DNA from: an uncultured Patescibacteria group bacterium
GTDB taxonomy: Bacteria > Patescibacteriota > Patescibacteriia > UBA2591 > CALHIP01
Direction of reading: 5' to 3'
Assembly: GCA_938030745.1 (NCBI GenBank)
Contig: CALHIP010000001.1
Span: forward strand, 3,817-67,816
DNA: 64,000 nt
Shown here: in pieces, positions 58,333 to 64,000 of the stretch
How positions within the stretch are numbered: position 1 is the stretch's first letter
How the letters are laid out: each line of letters starts with the position of its first letter
Notes under the pieces: generated by a model
Told to the model about the DNA's origin: nothing
What the model saw: only the letters and a program-made list of their open reading frames with translations
Database searches by the model: none
Program-made: the position numbers and the translations under genes

Positions 58333-59788
58333 TTTTATGAATGTTCTTTATGCAACTTCTGAATTAACACCAATCGCTAAAGTTGGTGGTCTAGGAGATG
58401 TTGCTGGTAGTTTACCAAAGGCAATTAAAAATTTAGGAGTTGATATTCGAGTTGTCTTACCTCGATACGATATAATTGATGAAAAAAAATATTCTCTACA
58501 ATTTTTAGGTGAGAGGAAAATTAAATTTGGCCAAATTGATGAATTAGTAAAAATTTATCAAACAAAAATTCCTGATTCTTCAGTGCCTGTTTATTTAATA
58601 GAAAATAAAAGATATTTAACTTCCGGAGGAATTTATTTTGAAAAATCTGCATTTGTCGAAAAATTCGCTGAGATCGAAAGATTTTTATTTTTTTCTTATG
58701 CAGTCTATCAATTATTTGGAGAAGAATCTAAATTATTATGGCAACCAGATATTATCCATTGTCAGGACTGGCATGTAGCAATCATTCCTTTATTAATAAA
58801 ATTAAAAAAATTAAAAATTAAAACTTTACTTACAATTCATAACTTAGCTAATCAAGGAAAATGGAATGCTCAAGAAATTTTTGATTTTTTAGGAATAAAA
58901 GGTGATGAAATAGATTCTTTAAAAATTAGATTTAATGGAGATTTAAATTTAATCCAACAAGGAATTTTAAATGCTGATTTTATTAATACTGTTAGTCCTT
59001 CCTATGCTCAAGAAATTTTAACAAAAGAATTTGGCGAAGGATTAGAAGAGACAATTTTAAAAAGGAAAAATAATTTATTCGGTATTTTAAATGGTATTGA
59101 TGAAGAAAGATTTTCTCCAGAAAAAGATAAAGAAATAAAAGTTAATTATTCAATTAGAAGTTTAGAAAAGAAAAAAGAGAATAAAAAAGATCTCCAACAA
59201 ATCACTAATTTATCAATAACTGATGAACCTCTTTTTGGTTTTATTTCTCGATTAACTGATCAAAAGGGTTCAGAGTTAATTTATCAGATTGCTGACAGAT
59301 TGGTCAAATTGGGTTGTCAAATTGTTTTTTTAGGTCAGGGACAAGATTACTATGAAAATCAACTTAAAGAATTAATAAAGAAATATCCAAAAAATATTTT
59401 CACTAAAATTGGTTTTGATCCTTCTTTAGCTCAAAAAATTTATGCAGGTGCAGATATTTTTCTAATGCCTTCCCGTTTTGAACCTTGTGGTTTAGGTCAG
59501 ATGATTGCAATGAAATATGGCACTGTTCCAATTGTCCGAGCAGTTGGTGGACTAAAAGATTCTGTTGAAGATACTAAAATAGTAAATGGAAAAGTCTTTG
59601 GAACAGGTTTTGTTTTCAAAAAATATGAGGCGGAAGAACTTTTCCAAACAATTAAAAGAGCTTTAAATTTTTTTCAAAATAAAAAAATCTGGCGAAAAAT
59701 CCAAGAAAATGGAATGAGAAAAGATTTTTCCTGGAAAAGTTCAGCAAAAAAATATCTTCAATTATATAAGAAATTATTTAAATCTTAA
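58316..59788 (+). CDS. glgA: Glycogen/starch synthase
   Basis: KVGGLGDVAGSLPKA is the ADP-glucose-type synthase signature. 490 aa. Confidence 0.85.
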   Translation: MLFSHNFMNVLYATSELTPIAKVGGLGDVAGSLPKAIKNLGVDIRVVLPRYDIIDEKKYSLQFLGERKIKFGQIDELVKIYQTKIPDSSVPVYLIENKRYLTSGGIYFEKSAFVEKFAEIERFLFFSYAVYQLFGEESKLLWQPDIIHCQDWHVAIIPLLIKLKKLKIKTLLTIHNLANQGKWNAQEIFDFLGIKGDEIDSLKIRFNGDLNLIQQGILNADFINTVSPSYAQEILTKEFGEGLEETILKRKNNLFGILNGIDEERFSPEKDKEIKVNYSIRSLEKKKENKKDLQQITNLSITDEPLFGFISRLTDQKGSELIYQIADRLVKLGCQIVFLGQGQDYYENQLKELIKKYPKNIFTKIGFDPSLAQKIYAGADIFLMPSRFEPCGLGQMIAMKYGTVPIVRAVGGLKDSVEDTKIVNGKVFGTGFVFKKYEAEELFQTIKRALNFFQNKKIWRKIQENGMRKDFSWKSSAKKYLQLYKKLFKS

Positions 59789-59793
59789 TTTTA

Positions 59794-59864
59794 AGCGGGA
59801 TACCAGAGTCGAACTGGCGCCTACTCCTTGGAAGGGAGTCGTACTACCGTTATACTAATCCCGC
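59794..59864 (-). tRNA. tRNA-Gly (anticodon UCC)
   Basis: Reverse complement reads GCGGGATTAGTATAACGGTAGTACGACTCCCTTCCAAGGAGTAGGCGCCAGTTCGACTCTGGTATCCCGCT. Confidence 0.8.
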
Positions 59865-60548
59865 TTATAATTTTAAGTTTAAATAATTTCGAGCAAATTT
59901 CAATCTTTCTTCAGTGCCGATATCGATCCATTTACCTTTATGAATATAACTGTAAAGTTCTCCTTTTTTAGCAAGTTTTGGTAAGAGTTCAGTCTCAAGT
60001 AAAAATTTTCTCTTTTTAATTTTTTTAAATATATCTGGAAAGAAGATGTAAAAGCCTGCATTAATATAACCAGCTATTTTCTTTTTTGGTTTTTCTAAAA
60101 AATTTGTTACTTGACCATTTTTTTTAAATTTGACTAAACCATAAGAAAGGGCGTTTTTTACTTTATAAAGAGCAACAATATTTTTTTTAGTTTTATGAAA
60201 AAATTTAAGAAATTTTTTTAAATTAAGATTACTTATTACATCACCATTGATAACTATGAAAGGTTCTTTTAAATCTTTTGAAGCAAATTTTATTGCTCCA
60301 CCAGTCAATAATGGTCTTTTTTCAATTACCCATTCAGATTTTATTTTTTTCTTTTTTAAAAATTTTATAATTTGATCTGCTCTTTCACCTAAACTTAAAC
60401 GAATATCATCAAAACCGTATTTTTTCAACAAATTTAGTTGCCATTCTAAAACACTTTTACCTTTTATCTTAACCAAAACTTTTGGAATTCTTTTTGCTGA
60501 AACAGGAAGACGGGTTGCTTTTCCTCCAGCTAAAATAATTACTTTCAT
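59865..60548 (-). CDS. Sugar-phosphate nucleotidyltransferase (NTP_transferase family)
   Basis: MKVIILAGGKATRL is the GGxGTRL-type motif. Confidence 0.7.
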   Translation of the reverse strand: MKVIILAGGKATRLPVSAKRIPKVLVKIKGKSVLEWQLNLLKKYGFDDIRLSLGERADQIIKFLKKKKIKSEWVIEKRPLLTGGAIKFASKDLKEPFIVINGDVISNLNLKKFLKFFHKTKKNIVALYKVKNALSYGLVKFKKNGQVTNFLEKPKKKIAGYINAGFYIFFPDIFKKIKKRKFLLETELLPKLAKKGELYSYIHKGKWIDIGTEERLKFARNYLNLKL

Positions 60549-60550
60549 AT

Positions 60551-60654
60551 CTAATTTTATTTGGCAAAAATTTTTGCCATTTTTAAAAATTTGGCTTATT
60601 TGATAGATTTGATGCTGGTTTTAGCCTATCACTTTTCGGTGACTGTCACCTTTT
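60551..60654. repeat. Intergenic element copy B, about 103 bp (same as 53838..53940), directly upstream of the nucleotidyltransferase start codon
   Basis: CTAATTTTATTTGGCAAAAATTTTTGCCATTTTTAAAAATTTGGCTTATTTGATAGATTTGATGCTGGTTTTAGCCTATCACTTTTCGGTGACTGTCACC. Confidence 0.7.
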
Positions 60655-60659
60655 AAAAA

Positions 60660-60733
60660 TCGGGGTACTGGGATTTGAACCCAGAATCTCCTGCTCCCAA
60701 AGCAGGTGCCTTAAACCGTTAGGCCATACCCCG
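60660..60733 (-). tRNA. tRNA-Pro (anticodon UGG)
   Basis: Reverse complement reads CGGGGTATGGCCTAACGGTTTAAGGCACCTGCTTTGGGAGCAGGAGATTCTGGGTTCAAATCCCAGTACCCCGA. Confidence 0.85.
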
Positions 60734-60746
60734 TTTAATAATTTTT

Positions 60747-61256
60747 TTACCATTTACTTTTTCTAATGTCAAGCCAAAAACCAAGATGATTAATTAAAAT
60801 ATGTAAGAAAAAATTTAAAATAAAAGAAAGGAAAATAAATTCAAAAGAGGGTTTAAAAATAAAAGAGATAAAAACAATAGCGCCTAAAGTATAATCAATC
60901 TGATCAAAAGGGATCCATCTTTCTCCAGGTAATTTTCCAACCCTTCTTTTAAAAAAACTTTTTATTAAATCACCAAATAAAGCACCAAAACCAAGACAAA
61001 AACCAATAAGTAAAAAATTTTTTGAATAATCTAAATAAGAAATTTTTTTGAAAAATGGAAATTCAAAAAAAAGTCTTTGAAGAGAAACAATAAAAAGAGA
61101 AAAAATTATTCCCGAAAAAAATCCAGCATAAGTTTTATGAGAACCGAAAATTTTTTTTGAAATAGGAAAATCTAAAAATTTTAATTTAAAAATTGAAGCG
61201 GTTATATTTGCCGCATACGCTGGTAGAAAAAACCAAATAATTTTAAGAAAAATCAT
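60747..61256 (-). CDS. CTP:phosphatidate/archaetidate cytidylyltransferase-family membrane protein (short CdsA/CarS-like)
   Basis: 169 aa, 5 TM helices. GSHKTYAGFFSGII resembles the CdsA PKKTWEGF.GG motif. KRRVGKLPGERWIPFDQID resembles the C-terminal cytidylyltransferase signature. Its short length is like the archaeal CarS (DUF46) form. Confidence 0.4.
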   Translation of the reverse strand: MIFLKIIWFFLPAYAANITASIFKLKFLDFPISKKIFGSHKTYAGFFSGIIFSLFIVSLQRLFFEFPFFKKISYLDYSKNFLLIGFCLGFGALFGDLIKSFFKRRVGKLPGERWIPFDQIDYTLGAIVFISFIFKPSFEFIFLSFILNFFLHILINHLGFWLDIRKSKW

Positions 61257-61783
61257 TTTTTTTGATTAGTAAAATAATCAATAGCAGTAATAGCAATAAT
61301 AAAAAAAGTTAAATAAGCCATTGTATATTTAAAAGGAGAGTTAATAATAAAAAGAGCTAAATTAGTATAGACAAAATATGAGTTGATAGTGGTACTTGGA
61401 CGTCGGCCTGGCAAAGTAATTTTTTTATTTTTTATTGTATGTTTTAGAACACTAACAAAAACCAATAATGTAGCAATAATAATTCCTATTTTAATAAGAA
61501 GTGTAAATTCATTAAGAAAAAAAAGTGGGATAACTGCACCATAAACGAGAAAAAGATCAGCTAAACTATCAAGAGTCTCTCCTATTTTTGAAACAAGTTT
61601 AAAACGTCTAGCTAGATCGCCATCCAAAAGGTCAGTAGCAACACCAATTAAAAAAATAACAAAAGCCTGGCGACGATAGCCGGAAAAAATCAATCCTAAA
61701 ACAATAAATGCCAAAACTATTCTTAAGATTGTTAAACTATTGACAAAGTAAAAAAGAAATTTTCTTCTCTTCTCAGAGATCAT
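61253..61783 (-). CDS. CDP-alcohol phosphatidyltransferase
   Basis: DLLDGDLARRFKLVSKIGETLDSLADL fits D-x2-DG-x2-AR-x8-G-x3-D-x3-D. Confidence 0.85.
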   Translation of the reverse strand: MISEKRRKFLFYFVNSLTILRIVLAFIVLGLIFSGYRRQAFVIFLIGVATDLLDGDLARRFKLVSKIGETLDSLADLFLVYGAVIPLFFLNEFTLLIKIGIIIATLLVFVSVLKHTIKNKKITLPGRRPSTTINSYFVYTNLALFIINSPFKYTMAYLTFFIIAITAIDYFTNQKK

Positions 61784-61792
61784 TTTTAGTAA

Positions 61793-61864
61793 TGCCGAGG
61801 GGCAGAATCGAACTGCCGACGCCAGGATTTTCAGTCCTGCGCTCTACCACTGAGCTACCTCGGC
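61793..61864 (-). tRNA. tRNA-Phe (anticodon GAA)
   Basis: Reverse complement reads GCCGAGGTAGCTCAGTGGTAGAGCGCAGGACTGAAAATCCTGGCGTCGGCAGTTCGATTCTGCCCCTCGGCA. Confidence 0.85.
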
Positions 61865-61874
61865 TAAAAATAAC

Positions 61875-61947
61875 TGGGCGGCGATGGATTCGAACCATCG
61901 ACCTCTCGCGTGTAAGGCGAACGCTCTTGCCCCTGAGCTAGCCGCCC
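61875..61947 (-). tRNA. tRNA-Val (anticodon UAC)
   Basis: Reverse complement reads GGGCGGCTAGCTCAGGGGCAAGAGCGTTCGCCTTACACGCGAGAGGTCGATGGTTCGAATCCATCGCCGCCCA. Confidence 0.8.
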
Positions 61948-61963
61948 AAAAAAGTAAGGTAAA

Positions 61964-62035
61964 AGGCCAGGACGGGAATTGCACCCGTGTATAGCTGTTT
62001 TGCAGACAGCTGCCTTACTACTTGGCTACCTGGCC
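61964..62035 (-). tRNA. tRNA-Cys (anticodon GCA)
   Basis: Reverse complement reads GGCCAGGTAGCCAAGTAGTAAGGCAGCTGTCTGCAAAACAGCTATACACGGGTGCAATTCCCGTCCTGGCCT. Confidence 0.8.
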
Positions 62036-62102
62036 AAAGGTTTATAAATACCAAAATTTTTTCGCTTAATTGAAAAGCGAAAGAAAAATTCTTGTCAAAG
62101 AT

Positions 62103-62384
62103 TTAGATTCCTCTTCTGGTGTTTTCTTCAATTGAGATAAGAAGTTGTAAAAATTCAGCAGCACCATTGAAAACAATGTAACCAAAAATACCGTAGGCAA
62201 GATAATAAAGACTGGAGAAAAGTTCTCCACCATGAACTGCCGGTACTTTTACTCCTAAAACACCAACATCAAATCCTCCTATTAGAATCACAATAAAAAC
62301 AATAAAACCTCCAATTAACCAAAGCCATGCAAAAACCTTAGCAATTTGGGCAAGGATCAAAAGATAAGGAAATTTTTCTTTCAT
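62103..62384 (-). CDS. Small membrane protein (2 TM helices)
   Basis: 93 aa hydrophobic ORF. Confidence 0.35.
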   Translation of the reverse strand: MKEKFPYLLILAQIAKVFAWLWLIGGFIVFIVILIGGFDVGVLGVKVPAVHGGELFSSLYYLAYGIFGYIVFNGAAEFLQLLISIEENTRRGI

Positions 62385-62456
62385 AAATCACATTTAAAAT
62401 TTAAACCGACCTTTATAAAACATTCTACTAAATTAAAAATAAAAGTAAAGAGTGTT

Positions 62457-62987
62457 TTATTTCTCAAGAGTTTCTCTAACTAAATTATTTATTTTTCGAG
62501 CAACCTCATCTGGATTTTTAACATCGAAAAAAACAAATCTCTCTTTAGTACCAGCTGTTTGGATATAAACATTACCAAATTTAAAAATGGTAGGAAAAAA
62601 TCCTTTTATTTCAACTGTTATATCCTGAACTCTTGATAGAGGTTGTTTAGCAAGAGTACGGTTGAAAAGTCCAGTTTGCTGAATGTCGATAATCTGTTTA
62701 TCAGTTACTACCCATATATCAAAATAATAATCTATCCAAGCATGAAATAAGGCAATCCAGATAAAGATCAACCATAAACTGGCTAAAAGAACTAAAAGAG
62801 GATAAATAATTTCATTTTCTAAAAAGGCTGGAAAATAAATTTTTAAAACAAAATAAGTTAAGAATGGTAAAGAAGCAAAAATAAGATAACTCAGACTTTT
62901 TTTAAAGAAAATAAAAGGATGGCGCCGAAGAAAGAAAATTATTTTTTCATCAATATCAAGTTGCAAAAGTGATCTTTTTAGTTTCAT
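62457..62987 (-). CDS. Membrane protein with bacterial PH-like (DUF304/YdbT-like) domain
   Basis: Two N-terminal TM helices followed by a soluble domain. The architecture is typical of bPH_2 proteins. Confidence 0.35.
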   Translation of the reverse strand: MKLKRSLLQLDIDEKIIFFLRRHPFIFFKKSLSYLIFASLPFLTYFVLKIYFPAFLENEIIYPLLVLLASLWLIFIWIALFHAWIDYYFDIWVVTDKQIIDIQQTGLFNRTLAKQPLSRVQDITVEIKGFFPTIFKFGNVYIQTAGTKERFVFFDVKNPDEVARKINNLVRETLEK

Positions 62988-62989
62988 AA

Positions 62990-63283
62990 TTATTTTGGAA
63001 GAAATTTTAATTCAAAATTAGTTATAGCTGGAATCTCTATTTCTATTCTTGGTAATTTAAAAGAAATAATTGGTTGATGCCAATTTATTTTTATAATTTC
63101 TTGATAAGAAGAAAAAAGAATAATTACTAAAACTGCTAAAAAGAAAAAAGAAGCAAAAACTGTTTCCCAATCAAGTGAACCAAATTTAAAAAGATGATAA
63201 AAATTAAATAAAAGATAGATAAAACAAACAAAAATAAGAGCTAAATAGACAATAAGGAAAATATAAAGTGGGATCTCTATCAT
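62990..63283 (-). CDS. Small membrane protein
   Basis: 97 aa with 2 TM helices. Confidence 0.3.
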   Translation of the reverse strand: MIEIPLYIFLIVYLALIFVCFIYLLFNFYHLFKFGSLDWETVFASFFFLAVLVIILFSSYQEIIKINWHQPIISFKLPRIEIEIPAITNFELKFLPK

Positions 63284-63289
63284 AAAAAA

Positions 63290-64000
63290 TTAGAATAAAG
63301 TTGATTTTTTAAAGCCAAAATATTCTTTTGCTGCTGAGGTAGCTACCCGACCACGAGGTGTCCGGTCTAAAAAACCAATTTGCATTAGAAATGGCTCATA
63401 AATTTCCTCAATTGTCTCTTCATCTTCAGCTAAAGCAGCAGCTAAAGTTTTAATTCCTGTTGGTCCTCCACCAAATTTTTCAATTAATATTTTTAATAAT
63501 TTTCGATCGCCTGGAGTTAGACCTAATTCATCTATTTCTAAAAGATTTAAAGCTTCTTGTACAACTTTTTTGTCAATTTTTTTTATTTCTTTTACCTGAG
63601 CAAAATCTCTTACTCTTTTTAAAAGTCGATTAGCAATTCTTGGTGTTTTTCTTGCTCTTTTAGAGAGTTCTTTAATTGCCTCTTTGTCTATATCAATTCC
63701 TAAAATTTTGCTTGATCTTTCAACAATTTTTTCAATTTCTTCATCTTGATAAAAATCTAAAGAATAAGTTACGCCAAATCTATCTCTTAAAGGTGAAGTT
63801 AAAAGAGAAGGTCTGGTTGTTGCACCAATCAAAGTAAATGGTGAAAGTTCTATTCTTAAAGTTTCAGCCATTGCTCCTTTACCAACAACTAAATCTAAAA
63901 CATAAGATTCCATAGCCGGATATAAAATTTCTTCAATTAAAGGATTTAAACGATGAATTTCATCAATAAAAAGAATCTCTCCTCTTGAGAGATTGGTCAA
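63290..64000 (-). CDS. ruvB: Holliday junction ATP-dependent DNA helicase RuvB (C-terminal two thirds; N-terminus beyond window)
   Basis: [25 protein letters not shown]...[20 protein letters not shown] is the RuvB sensor/arginine-finger region. Confidence 0.9.
   Translation of the reverse strand: [236 protein letters not shown]

Overview
AT-rich (about 30% GC), gene-dense window with small K/I/L-rich proteins, consistent with a reduced-genome bacterium such as the CPR/Patescibacteria; I inferred this from sequence composition only.

Core genes recognised by motif: dnaG-rpoD (rpoD runs off the window start), groES-groEL, secG, rnj, trpS, prs, murI, glyA, tig, nusA, rnhB, hppA (membrane pyrophosphatase), glgA, ruvB (partial, runs off the window end), a full-length PEP synthase (ppsA) and an Elp3-like radical-SAM/GNAT protein. 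There are 11 tRNA genes, none with encoded CCA, including a Phe-Val-Cys cluster. Several rho-independent terminator hairpins are visible.

Most notable feature (about 3.6-14.3 kb, minus strand): a tandem array of five or six paralogous genes of about 490 aa each. Each ends in a PEP-utilizing-enzyme phosphohistidine swivel domain (DEGG..SHAAIVARE) preceded by a highly divergent N-terminal domain of about 390 aa. The array also contains a stand-alone ATP-grasp (PPDK_N-type) nucleotide-binding domain gene carrying an orphan swivel-domain tail, a decayed second copy of that ATP-grasp gene, a split (frameshifted) paralog and a HAD-like gene. A degenerate copy of the neighbouring EamA-riboflavin-kinase gene between two paralogs records a tandem segmental duplication. 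The last ~85 bp of each paralog are almost identical at the nucleotide level while the rest has diverged, which suggests a conserved recombination or interaction module.

Other observations: a frameshift-split EamA(DMT)-riboflavin kinase fusion; a speH (AdoMet decarboxylase) gene paired with a putative DUF43/BpsA-like aminopropyltransferase; a CarS/CdsA-like cytidylyltransferase next to a CDP-alcohol phosphatidyltransferase; a repeated ~100 bp intergenic element with two palindromes (TGGCAAAAATTTTTGCCA and GGTGACWGTCACC). No CRISPR, rRNA, transposase or integrase was seen.
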